A stretch of 64,000 nucleotides of DNA from Candidatus Bathyarchaeia archaeon (GCA_049521795.1 JBEKOM010000002.1:32001-96000); one strand, 5' to 3'; positions 30,322-41,072 are shown, counted from the first letter of the stretch. Program-made: numbers and translations. Notes: generated by a model not told the origin, from the sequence alone.

Positions 30322-30870
30322 TCACTCCAACAGCTTTGCCATCGCTATCTCGTCTATGTACTTCCCTTCCCTGAAATGCTTTTTCGGAACCCGACCAGTC
30401 TGCACAAATCCAACTTTCTCGTAAACATGAATCGCGCGCTTATTGGTCGCAAAGACAGAGAGTACCAAAACCTTCAAACCGATCCTTTGGGCTTCCTTCA
30501 CTACAACCCGCATGACCCGGGTTCCAATGCCCAAATCCCTAAAACCGCCTTTGACAGCTATGCCAACTGCACCGGCACGCTTCTCGGAACCTTTACCTAC
30601 GTGGAGGTCAGAAGACGCAACAACCTTTCCATCCACCTCTCCAACCAAGAAAAAGATCTGGCCTTTTTCCAGACGAAGAAGCACGTCAGAAAGCCACTCA
30701 GCCTCTTGCTCCCTCGACAGCTTCTCGTCCACAATTACCTCAGCCTTCTCCTCCACAAGCAAATTTATGAACTCCAACAAGTCGTCCAAGTCTTCCCACT
30801 TTGGAGTTCTCAAGACAACCCTGCGCCCGTCTTTAATAGAGAAAGCCTCGAGGATTTTGCCTGACTTCAT
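30322..30870 (-). CDS. GNAT family N-acetyltransferase
   Basis: GIAVKGGFRDLGIGT, VFATNKRAIHVYEKVGF. Confidence 0.92.
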   Translation of the reverse strand: MKSGKILEAFSIKDGRRVVLRTPKWEDLDDLLEFINLLVEEKAEVIVDEKLSREQEAEWLSDVLLRLEKGQIFFLVGEVDGKVVASSDLHVGKGSEKRAGAVGIAVKGGFRDLGIGTRVMRVVVKEAQRIGLKVLVLSVFATNKRAIHVYEKVGFVQTGRVPKKHFREGKYIDEIAMAKLLE

Positions 30871-30947
30871 AAGCCCTGTTAAGGCAGCACAACTTTAATA
30901 CCTTTTCAAACCGCTCGCTCTAAATAGCGTCGACACGAAGTGACTGG

Positions 30948-30965
30948 GTTGATGCTTTCGTATAC
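30948..30965 (-). repeat. Dispersed intergenic motif GTATACGAAAGCATCAAC, copy 3 (inverted)
   Basis: 17/18 identity to copies at 12547 and 23492. Confidence 0.7.
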
Positions 30966-31900
30966 GCGGCCCACTCCTCGTGCAAAACCGAGGGCTTTGG
31001 TGACATGTTAGAACCTCAAGTAATACATGGCTCACTGAGCTCACCAGCAAGTAATTTGGGTAAGTTAAAGAAGACAGAATTTCGCACTCTTGGCCTACAG
31101 TCGACAGTACAAACAGTTGTACTCATGGAAGAGACGCCAGGATTCGGCTTCATTAGTTCTCGAATACGCCGCGCAGAAGTCGGTGAAACCCCTCCCCGAA
31201 TCTGCTTCGACCTATAGAATCTGACGTAGACAATAGCATCGCCAAGAGTCACTTCGGAGCATCGGCCAACACACTATCCAATGCTGACTCGACAAAGCGA
31301 TTTCTGCCCTAAAAAGACGTCAGCCAATAGGCCAAGCTTTCTCGGCAGGAAAGTGTGAGAACGATTTAGATTCACAAGGCATATCTCACAAGCCAACCTA
31401 GGCAAGCTGCACGTGCAATTCTTGGAGCCCTATGATGCGGGTCAGATCTCTCAAGGATTCAGCTGCAAATTGTCGAAAAAGATCGAAGTAGCTACGAAGG
31501 TCAAGGCCGCTTGGTTCGCATGGAGATTTTCGCAGGTTTTTATATGAGGCCCCAGCGAAGTCCATGCCTTGCACTCAAGAGTGAAAGAAACTGGCCAAAA
31601 TCTCTTTGCTTTCGCTCAGGGGAGCTTGCTTTGGGGTTTTCTGTATCGTGTCTGTTGCGAAAAACTGTAAGCTGTTGCTCAAGGGGCTTTTTACGGCTGA
31701 ACTTCGTACTCTCATCTGGCCTGTTTTGCAAGGTTTACGTTGGGAATTCGCCGTTTTCATGAAAATGGCGCTGTCGGTTTTCGAAACGCTTTCAAAGCGT
31801 ACCACCGTTCGAAACGCGTATTCTGCGCGGTTAGAAGCTCATGTTATCAGTTTCTTCATATTCCTGATTTTGAAATACCACTTTAATTGCTCATTGCGCT

Positions 31901-34210
31901 GTGTTTTTTGACAGAGAAAGGATAGCAAAGGTGCCAGTCTTGCCCCCAAGCTGTTTTGGAGATGACGTTGAAACCCTCGAGAGGAAAGTCAACGGAAGGA
32001 GAGTCAGCGTGAAGTGGGACTGGGGGAGCTTCAGAAGCACCGAAGGCTTTCCCGTCGATGACAACCTCATAAAGTGGGCCATCGGACAAGACCAGGCCCT
32101 GAAAGAATGTTTCTTATGCTTGGATGAGTGGGTGCACAAGCTGAAGTGGTTAGAAAAGAACAAGTGGTACTCGAACTGGAGCAGTCCTAACGAATCTAAA
32201 GCCTCTGTCAAGACGCTGATCAGTCCAGGACCCTATCTCATGCTGCTGGGAGATCCTGGAACAGGGAAATCGCTGATCGGTAGAGCCCTGTCGGAAAAGT
32301 TGACGCAGGTGTACAACGAAAACGGCATACGATTGACCGACGCGCTTTGTTGGAAAAACTCGCTGTTGCCCAGCCAACCCAAGGTTTCGATCCACAAGGC
32401 GGGTGAAGGAAGGAAGATTGTTCAGAAAGAACAGCTCAAGGACCTCAAGAGGAAATTCGTCACGAGGGTGGGGTTCAAGACTCTGCAGATTTTGATGGTG
32501 GCTATGGGCTTGTTCTTGATCAGCCTCGGGTTTTACTTCATCTACCAGGGCTGGGTTACTTGGCAGTCGAACCCGCCTTATTCGGGTCAGACTCTTCAAC
32601 AATTTTATGGCAACAGTTTTGTAGATTATCTCATCGCAAAGTTCGTAGGCCTGGTTCCTCTGACTTTCATCCCAGGTGGAAGCTTGGTGTTCTTCGGAGT
32701 GTTCATGTGGTGGTTTTCCAAGATGGGGGGGATGTCAAACCTCAAGGGTATCGGAGGCGCCCAACAGTCTGATGCTCCGAAGATGATCGTCGACAACAGT
32801 TCTGGCCATGCGCCTTTCATTGACGCGACGGGACACAGAACTGCCCAGCTTTTCGGTTCAATAGCTTGGGATCCGTATCAAACTGGCGGGTTGGGCACTC
32901 CTGAGCATCAGAGGGTTAGTGCTGGAGACGTGCACGTGGCGTCTTTGGGGATACTTTACATAGATGAGATAAAGAACCTTGACGCTGAGGAAACCGTAAC
33001 GCTACTGACAGTGCTGGAAGACGGACAGCTGCCGATAACTCTGCGAGGCAGATTCAACGGTGGAGACACGGCGGCAATGGCCGTTTCAACAGAACCCGTT
33101 CCTTCAATAACGTTTCTTGTCGGCGCTGGCAACTTTGACAGCATAGGGCAGATTCATCCTGCTCTCATGGACAGAATATATGGATACGGCAAGGTCGTGC
33201 GGATGAACAACGACATGCCGAACACCATCGAAAACAGGCGCAGGTACGTCCAGTTCATAGCCCAGGAAGTCAAACGCTTCAACCTCATCCCGTTCAACAG
33301 AGACGCATGCGAAGAAATAGTTGAGGAAGGCAGACGCAGAAGCGACAAAAAATACGCGTTAACAACAAAGTTCAGACCGTTGATTTCGATAATTAAGACC
33401 GCATCGACGCTGGCGATGAACGAGAATGCGACGATCGTAGAAAGAAGACACGTGATTGAAGCCGTTGAACAGCATTGTAAGACTATCCAGAGGCAGATAC
33501 TCGAGCACAGCATGCAAGAAAGAGGGAAGCTCCTGGAGATCGAACCAACGGGAGCTAAGCTGGGACAAATCTACGGTCTAGCAGTTGTTCAAGACCCCTA
33601 CAGCGGTGAAATGACGGGCAGCGTGTTGAACGTGAAAGCCCAAATGGTCAAGAGAAGCTCGCTTGCAAGAGACTACTCTTTCAAAGGATACTACAAAGTG
33701 ACGGGAGCCGCCAAAGGTCAGAGCTTCATTTCAGACAGCATAGCCAAAGTCAGAAGCGTGATTCTGCAGAAGTACGGCGTGGACATCGCGCAGGACTATC
33801 TCACCCACATCGACTTTGCGCAGTCTTACGGCATAGATGGACCATCAGCGGGCGTTACTATGGCGATTCTTCTGTGCTCACTCATCGAGGGAAAACCGAT
33901 AAGACAGGATGTCGCGGTCACCGGAGAAATCAACCTTGGCGTTGGAGAATCCATTCAGGTAACGGCCGTCGGAGGCGTCTACGAGAAGATCAAGTCCGCC
34001 GAAGCATGGGGGCTCAAAAAAGTTGTCATTCCGCAAAAAAACTATGAGAATTCCATCGACGTCAGGGACTATAAGATTGAAGTCGCTCCTGCGGCGACCT
34101 TGGACGACTATTTGAAGGCGTGTCTCGTTGAGACGCCTGTGCTCAAGGTTCCAGGCCAAGCTTGGAGGCGCAACGTGCGGGCTAACGCTACGAGAAGCGC
34201 CAGAATGTAG
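31901..34210 (+). CDS. lonB: Membrane-anchored ATP-dependent Lon protease (LonB type)
   Basis: Walker A GDPGTGKS, two TM helices inside the AAA+ domain, Walker B LYIDEI, catalytic DGPSAG and GGVYEK. Confidence 0.92.
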   Translation: MFFDRERIAKVPVLPPSCFGDDVETLERKVNGRRVSVKWDWGSFRSTEGFPVDDNLIKWAIGQDQALKECFLCLDEWVHKLKWLEKNKWYSNWSSPNESKASVKTLISPGPYLMLLGDPGTGKSLIGRALSEKLTQVYNENGIRLTDALCWKNSLLPSQPKVSIHKAGEGRKIVQKEQLKDLKRKFVTRVGFKTLQILMVAMGLFLISLGFYFIYQGWVTWQSNPPYSGQTLQQFYGNSFVDYLIAKFVGLVPLTFIPGGSLVFFGVFMWWFSKMGGMSNLKGIGGAQQSDAPKMIVDNSSGHAPFIDATGHRTAQLFGSIAWDPYQTGGLGTPEHQRVSAGDVHVASLGILYIDEIKNLDAEETVTLLTVLEDGQLPITLRGRFNGGDTAAMAVSTEPVPSITFLVGAGNFDSIGQIHPALMDRIYGYGKVVRMNNDMPNTIENRRRYVQFIAQEVKRFNLIPFNRDACEEIVEEGRRRSDKKYALTTKFRPLISIIKTASTLAMNENATIVERRHVIEAVEQHCKTIQRQILEHSMQERGKLLEIEPTGAKLGQIYGLAVVQDPYSGEMTGSVLNVKAQMVKRSSLARDYSFKGYYKVTGAAKGQSFISDSIAKVRSVILQKYGVDIAQDYLTHIDFAQSYGIDGPSAGVTMAILLCSLIEGKPIRQDVAVTGEINLGVGESIQVTAVGGVYEKIKSAEAWGLKKVVIPQKNYENSIDVRDYKIEVAPAATLDDYLKACLVETPVLKVPGQAWRRNVRANATRSARM

Positions 34211-34392
34211 CACCCGGACTGATTTTTCAGCCACGTCTTACACCTCCTCGGAAATTCTTCATTTTTCTTGGCTAGACTCTTCCGATTCCTCACGTCGTCA
34301 TGTTCTCAGTATACGTAGCCACAGGCTCAATACTTTTTTATGTCTAGGTTTACCAACAATACTCTGCAGTCGCCTGCAAGAAGAGGCTTCGG

Positions 34393-34824
34393 ATGATGAG
34401 GAAGGTCGACAAAGACGCGATTCGCAGATGGCGTAAAAGAGGTTTTTACAGCGAAAACGCTCTGGTGAAGCTTCTTCAGAAGAACGGCTACAATTCTGTG
34501 CGAGTTCCAGTGAGCAACCCGAGCCTCAACCCCTTGCCAGACATTATGGCCAGAAGAGGCTTGGACATGTACGCCTTCGAGGTCAAGAACGCAGGATACT
34601 ATGCTTACTTCCCCAAACAGCAGGTCGAAAAACTCTTCAGGTTTCTCAACGAGCTCATCCCCACGGATAATGAGCATAAACATGCCGTGCTCGCTGCTCA
34701 TCTAGGCAAGAAATGGATCTTTAAGGAAATAGGCTGGAGAGACTACGAGAAGGGAAAACTTCAAGAGAAGGTAAGGATTCTGAAGCGCGACAGAGGAAAC
34801 ATCGACGTGACAAGAGGAGGATGA
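34393..34824 (+). CDS. Hjc-like Holliday junction resolvase (PD-(D/E)xK)
   Basis: KRG..SE..LV..L...GY..VRVP.S...LPDIMA....YAFEVK. Confidence 0.8.
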   Translation: MMRKVDKDAIRRWRKRGFYSENALVKLLQKNGYNSVRVPVSNPSLNPLPDIMARRGLDMYAFEVKNAGYYAYFPKQQVEKLFRFLNELIPTDNEHKHAVLAAHLGKKWIFKEIGWRDYEKGKLQEKVRILKRDRGNIDVTRGG

Positions 34825-35519
34825 TTGAAATGAAGACTTCCGAAGCAGCTGTCCAGGCTTCTGTCCTCTGTAAAACATACGAGACGACCGATTCAAAAGT
34901 CGAAGTCTTAAAAGGCTTAGACTTGAAGGTCGGAGAGGGCGAATTCACGGTTGTTGGTGGTCCCTCAGGTTCGGGGAAGACAACACTCCTTAACATAATC
35001 GGTGGGATCGACAAGCCGACGAGCGGAAAAATCGTTGTGTTTTCGGAGGATCTGGCGGCAAGAGACGAAGATTTCTTGGCCAACTTTAGATGTACGAAGG
35101 TCGGCTTCGTCTTTCAGTCCTACAACCTAGTTTCAACTCTTACCGTGGCCGAAAATGTCGCGTTCCCAATGGAGTGGCTGAGGAAACCTGAAGATCAGAT
35201 AAAGAAGCTCGTCGACGAGCTCTTAGAAGTTGTGGGCCTCCAGCAGAGGTCAGAGCACTTTCCGTTTCAGCTCAGCGGCGGTGAGCAGCAACGCGTCGCC
35301 TTTGCTCGTGCATTAGCCAACAACCCACCGTTGCTTCTGATTGACGAACCCACTGGAAACCTGGACAAGAAAACAAGTGCCAAGATCGTGCAAATATTAC
35401 AGACTTTGAAAAATGAGGGAAAAACAATCATTGTTGCCACTCACGACGAAGGGATCTTCAAGCTGGCAGGCCAAAAGCTTTGGTTAGAAGACGGGAAGCT
35501 GATGACTCAGAATGAGTGA
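34821..35519 (+). CDS. ABC transporter ATP-binding protein (LolD/MacB type)
   Basis: [34 protein letters not shown]. Confidence 0.95.
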   Translation: MIEMKTSEAAVQASVLCKTYETTDSKVEVLKGLDLKVGEGEFTVVGGPSGSGKTTLLNIIGGIDKPTSGKIVVFSEDLAARDEDFLANFRCTKVGFVFQSYNLVSTLTVAENVAFPMEWLRKPEDQIKKLVDELLEVVGLQQRSEHFPFQLSGGEQQRVAFARALANNPPLLLIDEPTGNLDKKTSAKIVQILQTLKNEGKTIIVATHDEGIFKLAGQKLWLEDGKLMTQNE

Positions 35520-37374
35520 AACAGCCTTTCCGGTTAATGACCTGCTTCGAAGGAAGCTCCAGACAACTCTGGTCGTTGTGAGTCTGGCGTTGTCCGTCGC
35601 CTCGACCCTTTTCCTACTTCTTTTTGCAGAAAGGATCGGGTTCAGCGTTTCCCTGATGGTTGAGGGCAAACTGACGGCTGGCTTTTCCGCTGTCTTCTCC
35701 CCTTTCATCCTGTTACTGGTCGTTTTGATTCTCATTGCCGGCACGGTCATGGTGTCTTTCATGACTTCTTTGATGATTTCTCGGAGGATAAAGGACATTG
35801 GACTCATGAAGGCGGCGGGGTGTCCAAACGACTTGGTATTCGGCTATTTTCTCACCGAACTATTAGTCGTCATCTTTTCTGGCTGTTTTTTGGGGATCTT
35901 GCTGGGGTTATTGGCTGATTTTGCTTCAACGAGTGTTTTCGGTGGCCTCGGTCTTCAGACGTCTCAGGTTCCGTTAGACTTGTGGCTGGTTCTTGGCGTG
36001 TTCGCCTTGTACTTTGTCATCGCATTGGTTGTCGGTGCCAAACCCGTTTATAGCGCTTCAAGGGTTGAGCCTGCTAAGGCACTTTCACCAACGTACTACC
36101 TTGGACTGGGCAAGGGGTCGAGTTTTAAGGTGCTTTCAAAGTCAGGTCTGGCCTTCAGAGTTGCGCTGAGAAGCCTCATACGTCACAAGTCTGCGACTGT
36201 CAAGATTGTGGTCTGCCTGAGCATTGTCTTCACGCTTCTCACCGTCGGCGTTGCAGGAGGGTTGATAGCCGATCAGACCACGGAGAGCTGGGTTGAAAAA
36301 GCCATAGGCAGGAACACAGTTTTGATCGCGCATCAAGACATGGGCAAGCAGTACGAGCTGCTGCTGAAGGAATTCTATGAAGGAAGCACCGCTACACAGT
36401 TCAATTACACGGATGAAAGATTTGTCATACCTGAGAATCTCCTTAAGAATCTCTCCTCTTCGTACGGGAATAACCGTATCGATCCACGCATCGTTCTTGA
36501 AGCGCCCGTGACAGAAGTTGAAGGATATGTCTATGGGGAGAGCTCCGCGAACATGACGACCGTTGGAGATTCTCGTACGGGGCAGTCTCTCTTGGTGGGC
36601 GTCGAACCCGGAAGTGTGTTGAATGACTGGGTTCTGGATGGCAGTTTCCTGAACGCGACCTGGCAGGCCGTCGTGGGTGATACTCTCTCCAAGAATTTGT
36701 TCTCTGACCCATTGGTTCAAGGGTTGAGAGTGCTTGGCAGAAGTCTCACCGTCGTCGGTGTTTGCCTTGATCCCATCAACAACGGGAAAGTTGCTTACGT
36801 ATCCTTCCAGACGCTGCAGAACGCATCAGGCGTGCTGGGACCAAACGTTGTACTGCTGAAACCCGACCCATCGGTTGACAGAACAGTTTTCTTGAATCAA
36901 TTAAGGGCGACTGTGAACGCCGTGAACCCGGAATTTGGGGTCTTTGACCTCAACGAGGTGTTGGACAAGAGCCTCGGCTTCGTGGGCTACACGTGGTCCA
37001 CGGTGATGATTCTGCCCTTATTCTCCCTGGTCGCGGCTTCACTCTGTTTAGTGGGCTATGTGATGCTGGCCGTGGATGAGCAACGCCAAGAATTCGGTGT
37101 TCTAAGGGCTGTAGGAGCAAAGCCCAGCATGGTTCTCAACGTCGTTTCTGGACAGAGCCTACTTGTCCTGCTGTCAAGCTACGGCGTCGGGATAGCCTTC
37201 GGCATAATCGCCACTTTGCTGATCTTGGTTCAAGAACCGCTTGTCACGGTCTACACTGTCTTCGAGATCTCGGGGTTGCTGACGGTTGCCTTGATAGCAA
37301 CGTTCGTTTCAAGCCTTTACCCTGCCCTAAGATTTGCGAGGAAGCCTTTGCTAGAGATGATGAGGCAAACATGA
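35512..37374 (+). CDS. ABC transporter permease with two FtsX-like domains
   Basis: RRIKDIGLMKAAG and EQRQEFGVLRAVGA FtsX motifs with an extracellular domain. Confidence 0.9.
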   Translation: MSETAFPVNDLLRRKLQTTLVVVSLALSVASTLFLLLFAERIGFSVSLMVEGKLTAGFSAVFSPFILLLVVLILIAGTVMVSFMTSLMISRRIKDIGLMKAAGCPNDLVFGYFLTELLVVIFSGCFLGILLGLLADFASTSVFGGLGLQTSQVPLDLWLVLGVFALYFVIALVVGAKPVYSASRVEPAKALSPTYYLGLGKGSSFKVLSKSGLAFRVALRSLIRHKSATVKIVVCLSIVFTLLTVGVAGGLIADQTTESWVEKAIGRNTVLIAHQDMGKQYELLLKEFYEGSTATQFNYTDERFVIPENLLKNLSSSYGNNRIDPRIVLEAPVTEVEGYVYGESSANMTTVGDSRTGQSLLVGVEPGSVLNDWVLDGSFLNATWQAVVGDTLSKNLFSDPLVQGLRVLGRSLTVVGVCLDPINNGKVAYVSFQTLQNASGVLGPNVVLLKPDPSVDRTVFLNQLRATVNAVNPEFGVFDLNEVLDKSLGFVGYTWSTVMILPLFSLVAASLCLVGYVMLAVDEQRQEFGVLRAVGAKPSMVLNVVSGQSLLVLLSSYGVGIAFGIIATLLILVQEPLVTVYTVFEISGLLTVALIATFVSSLYPALRFARKPLLEMMRQT

Positions 37375-37396
37375 CCCATTCATACGAAGAGCGATC

Positions 37397-38113
37397 TCAC
37401 TGAAGGCTGTTTCTTCCATAATCTTTCAGGCCATTTGCAGTCAGGCAAAACAACGAGTCCGTGTATGCTGGCAGCTGATTCAAAAAATCCTGCAGCTGAA
37501 GAACTGGAACCACGGGAACTCCCTTGTAGAATTTGAACTTGTCGAAGGTGAGAGACAAGACAGCAGGCACAAACTTTGCGGTGCCGCAAAAAAGGAATTC
37601 GATCTTTAATGAAGGATTTGGCAACGACATAACCAGCGCCCGCGTTCGTTCTGTCTGTTGCTCAGCAATCTTCTCTGCTGCTGACCTCTGTAGTCCATGG
37701 TGCCAGTGTTTGCAGTCCAAACAAACGACTATCGGACTCTTCCAGCCGACGATGTCCATTTCCCATCTGCGACCACCATGCTTAAAGTGGAAATTCCTCA
37801 CCACAGTGTAACCGTTGCTCTCCAACGCAACCGCGGCCATACCTTCAAACTCTTTCCACTGAAGAAAACCGCTCACTGTTTCAAGGTCGCTACCTGATCT
37901 TAGCGCGTGAACAGCCAATCGAAGGCGCTGAGCGCTGCTAACCTCCACCATGCTCCCACGAAGATAAACAAGACCATCACTTTGCAGTTTTCGAAGCAAT
38001 TCCCCTACGAGACTTGCCGGGAGCCTCGACTCCGAATTGATTACTTCTTGTAAAACAGGCCCGTCTCTTGTCAACTTCAATATTGAAATCAACAAGTCGC
38101 CTTCAATGTTCAC
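37397..38113 (-). CDS. Mrr-like PD-(D/E)xK nuclease with N-terminal wHTH
   Basis: WKEFEGMA..AL...GY, EMDIVG, CLDCKHW. Confidence 0.8.
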   Translation of the reverse strand: MNIEGDLLISILKLTRDGPVLQEVINSESRLPASLVGELLRKLQSDGLVYLRGSMVEVSSAQRLRLAVHALRSGSDLETVSGFLQWKEFEGMAAVALESNGYTVVRNFHFKHGGRRWEMDIVGWKSPIVVCLDCKHWHHGLQRSAAEKIAEQQTERTRALVMSLPNPSLKIEFLFCGTAKFVPAVLSLTFDKFKFYKGVPVVPVLQLQDFLNQLPAYTDSLFCLTANGLKDYGRNSLQ

Positions 38114-38383
38114 GGTCGGCCCCCCAGCATTTCACATGAGGGTGTCTAAGAATCGCCCAGCCAAGCATCCACTTAAAAGCTTTGCGGCGCACAACACACC
38201 GTTGAGCAAACGATGTTCACCTTTATTCCTGCCTCTTCCGTCCATTCCCGAGCCCGTGCTGGTGACTATGAAACTGGTTCTGACAAGTCAAATCTAAAGA
38301 TGCACCTGAGGGTCCTAGAGATTCTGGAGGCTAACCATATGAGGTCGTAATGATCGGCGATGGGCGCGCGCAGTCGACGTGGC

Positions 38384-39001
38384 TTATGAACGTTTGAGCA
38401 TGGCTTCCGCTTTCTTCAGGTCTAGGGCGGTGTTGATGTTGAAGAACGTTCTCAGCCGCGGGTCCAATTGCTCGAGGACCAGGGTCGAGACGTAACGTAC
38501 CCTTGGTAGCTTATCTACCATCGCCTGCAGGTTCAATTTGCCCGAAAGCAGGGCGTTTCTGGCGGCTTCCAACGCAGGTCTCGTACAGTATGCTGCCTGC
38601 AGAGGCTCTATGTAGCAGTTCGGCCATCGAGGGACAGCTGCGTTTCTGTTTATGCACAGTTCTAGCAGAAGATGGAGAATGTCCCTAGAAACGAATGGCG
38701 TGTCGCATGGGAGGAGAAGCGAATACTTCCCTTGTGCGCGTTCAAGGCCTGTTGTTGCACCTGCCAGCGGGCCGTGGACTTCAGCGTCTTCAACGAGAAC
38801 GTTGGCGTCTCCACCCAGGACATTTGAATATCTCTCAGCCTGAACCTTTGAGCTTACAACCACCAGTCTTTCGTCAACGAGGTCTTTCGTCTTCTCCATA
38901 ACGTGTTTTACAAGAGGTCTGTTCAACAATTGAACGAGTCCCTTGTCTTGGCCTAGCCTGCTGGAAACCCCGCCTGCCAATATGATTGCTGATCTTTCCA
39001 A
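38384..39001 (-). CDS. mobA: Molybdenum cofactor guanylyltransferase
   Basis: ILAGGVSSRLGQDKG, GPLAG, PCDTPF, EPLQAAY, FFNINT. Confidence 0.95.
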   Translation of the reverse strand: MERSAIILAGGVSSRLGQDKGLVQLLNRPLVKHVMEKTKDLVDERLVVVSSKVQAERYSNVLGGDANVLVEDAEVHGPLAGATTGLERAQGKYSLLLPCDTPFVSRDILHLLLELCINRNAAVPRWPNCYIEPLQAAYCTRPALEAARNALLSGKLNLQAMVDKLPRVRYVSTLVLEQLDPRLRTFFNINTALDLKKAEAMLKRS

Positions 39002-39276
39002 TAATGAGTGGTCTCCGTCACCGCTGTAAGGTTCTTAACGTATCCGTTCGGTTGTATAAGTTTTTTGCGTGAAATATTTCTTAACTGAAATGAAGCATCT
39101 AGGCTGACACTTTATTGCTTATGAGATAGTGTAAAAACGATGTCAGATAGCCTCAGAAGTGAAGAAACTTGGTCGCATGATCTGCAACAGGCCGCGGAGA
39201 GAAGGAATATGAAAAGTGCAGAGATTGTATAATTCACTATTTGTTGAACAGAATAGCGGCATGATAGAGAGGAGAA

Positions 39277-40059
39277 TCAGTTCATGTCCTCTATTTTGTT
39301 TGCCATCTCGCCTAGGATTCTGGTGAAGGGATGGTCTGGTTTGTCTTGGGCGAAAATGACTCCTCCCTCAGCCTTCAGGACATCGCAGAAGCACGGAACT
39401 ATCCCTAGAAGCGGAACCTGATATACTTCCTTAAGCTTTGTCTTCACGTCGTCTTTTCCACTTCTCAAGGATCCGTCTAAGACTTTGTTCAGGACGATTT
39501 CGGTTTTTTTCTCAAACAGGTCGTACAGCTCTCTCAGCATGCGTCGCGTTCCATCCACGTCTGACCGGTCGAATGTTGTTGCAACGAGGACAAGGTCCGC
39601 GCTGACTATCGCGTTTATGGATGAGTATTGCAATCCAGGACTTGTGTCGAGTATCAAGTAGTCGAAACTTTTGTCGTTTAAGAGCGAAGTCCTCAGAGCA
39701 AGGAGTCTTCCCAATGCCCGCATCTCCCACTTTCTATCTTTTGCAGACATGTCCCTGATCGCTTCGGTGGACGGGTTGGCAAAACCTACGAAGAGTTTGC
39801 CGCTGTTGCCGATCCTGTCGCTTAGATCCATTACGACTTTGTTGATCTCGCACACTGCGTTAAGATAATCGTTTAACCAGCACTCAGCTTTGTCGATCTT
39901 CAGCAGTGTAGAAAGGCTTGGAGCACGGAAGTCAAGGTCAAGCAAGCAAACACGCTTTCCGTGCTTAGCAAGAGTTGCAGCCAAATTGACTGAAAGAAGC
40001 GTTTTCCCAGTTCCGCCCTTATATGAGTGCACAGCTAATATTTTACCCATGACGATCAC
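39277..40059 (-). CDS. MinD/ParA family ATPase
   Basis: Deviant Walker A SYKGGTGKT, LDLD, LDTSPG, VLNK. Confidence 0.92.
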   Translation of the reverse strand: MIVMGKILAVHSYKGGTGKTLLSVNLAATLAKHGKRVCLLDLDFRAPSLSTLLKIDKAECWLNDYLNAVCEINKVVMDLSDRIGNSGKLFVGFANPSTEAIRDMSAKDRKWEMRALGRLLALRTSLLNDKSFDYLILDTSPGLQYSSINAIVSADLVLVATTFDRSDVDGTRRMLRELYDLFEKKTEIVLNKVLDGSLRSGKDDVKTKLKEVYQVPLLGIVPCFCDVLKAEGGVIFAQDKPDHPFTRILGEMANKIEDMN

Positions 40060-40448
40060 TCCTTGTTTTCCCTGTCTACGAAGAAGTATGCCTTTCTTCC
40101 ATTCCTCTCCTTCTTAAGGTGGCCCATTATCACGAGCTGGTTCAAGTACGCGCTTTCCACAGCTCTCGCCCTCTTCGTTTGTTCAGCGACCTCGTCTGCC
40201 GTAGCTCTGCCCAACCTGCAAACAGTCATAGCAGTTTTTCTCAGGTGGTCAGGCATCGAAAGCAAAGTCATAACGTCCAGAGGGACGTCTGCCAGTGGCT
40301 GTTCAATGTCTTTTCTATCATGCTTCTGCAGTTCAATCATAACTTCCACTTTCTCGTTCAACCTTTCAAGGTTGTCTCTGATCTTTTCCAGAACCTGCAG
40401 AGGCTTTTTCGCTAGAACTTCTTCCTTGGACAAGGTGTCTTTCCTCAA
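40056..40448 (-). CDS. Coiled-coil plus winged-helix DNA-binding protein
   Basis: Heptad LEKIRDNLERLNEKV, then ATADEVAEQTKRARAVESAYLNQLV.MG.L.KER.GR; 4-bp overlap with the ATPase. Confidence 0.8.
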   Translation of the reverse strand: MRKDTLSKEEVLAKKPLQVLEKIRDNLERLNEKVEVMIELQKHDRKDIEQPLADVPLDVMTLLSMPDHLRKTAMTVCRLGRATADEVAEQTKRARAVESAYLNQLVIMGHLKKERNGRKAYFFVDRENKE

Positions 40449-40688
40449 CGCGTCTTAAGTGCGTACAGCATGATTAAAGAGAAGGCAGTTTATTAAGTCT
40501 TACGAAACAATGATAATGATTAACAAGACAATCCACGACAGACGTCAACGATTCTGATAAGTTTTCTAACGGCGTCCTTAGAGGGATGTTCTCTCTGAGC
40601 GGATCGATGACGTGCGGCGTGTGATGTCAATCAATGGCTCCGAGCATCAAGAAAACGAAAACTCTAACAAAAAAGTTGGGGAGGTAGC

Positions 40689-40985
40689 CTAATAGGGCAC
40701 TGGGACGCGGTTTCTAAGCTCTTCTTCAAGTATCGGCAGGACCTGCTTCAACTCTCTGAAGTACTTGAGCACTGTTATGCCTCTCTGGGTTACGGCGTAG
40801 ACGATGCGTCGCTTCCCCACCATTCGTTCTTCAACGAGGTTCTGCTTGATGAGGAAGTCCAAGTATTCCTTCAGAACACTACAGTTAACGTTAGCCTTGT
40901 ACATTATGTGAGTCAGTTTCAACGGGCCTCGATGAGCCAATACCTTGAGTATGTCTATGTACATCTCAAGTTTGGAACGTCTCAT
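40689..40985 (-). CDS. Winged-helix transcription regulator (HTH_45-like)
   Basis: RRSKLEMYIDIL...THIMYKANVN...YLDFL...TQRG. Confidence 0.88.
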   Translation of the reverse strand: MRRSKLEMYIDILKVLAHRGPLKLTHIMYKANVNCSVLKEYLDFLIKQNLVEERMVGKRRIVYAVTQRGITVLKYFRELKQVLPILEEELRNRVPVPY

Positions 40986-41072
40986 TGTCTAAACCTCTTT
41001 TTTGTCATGTTATCTCTCTCCATATAAAGGTTTTATGGATTCAAGCTAAGTCTTTTCTGTAAATAGTCTCCG

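Noticed and set aside
37397-38113. Mrr-like nuclease as part of a defence island
   Set aside because: Isolated among housekeeping genes with no methyltransferase or other defence genes
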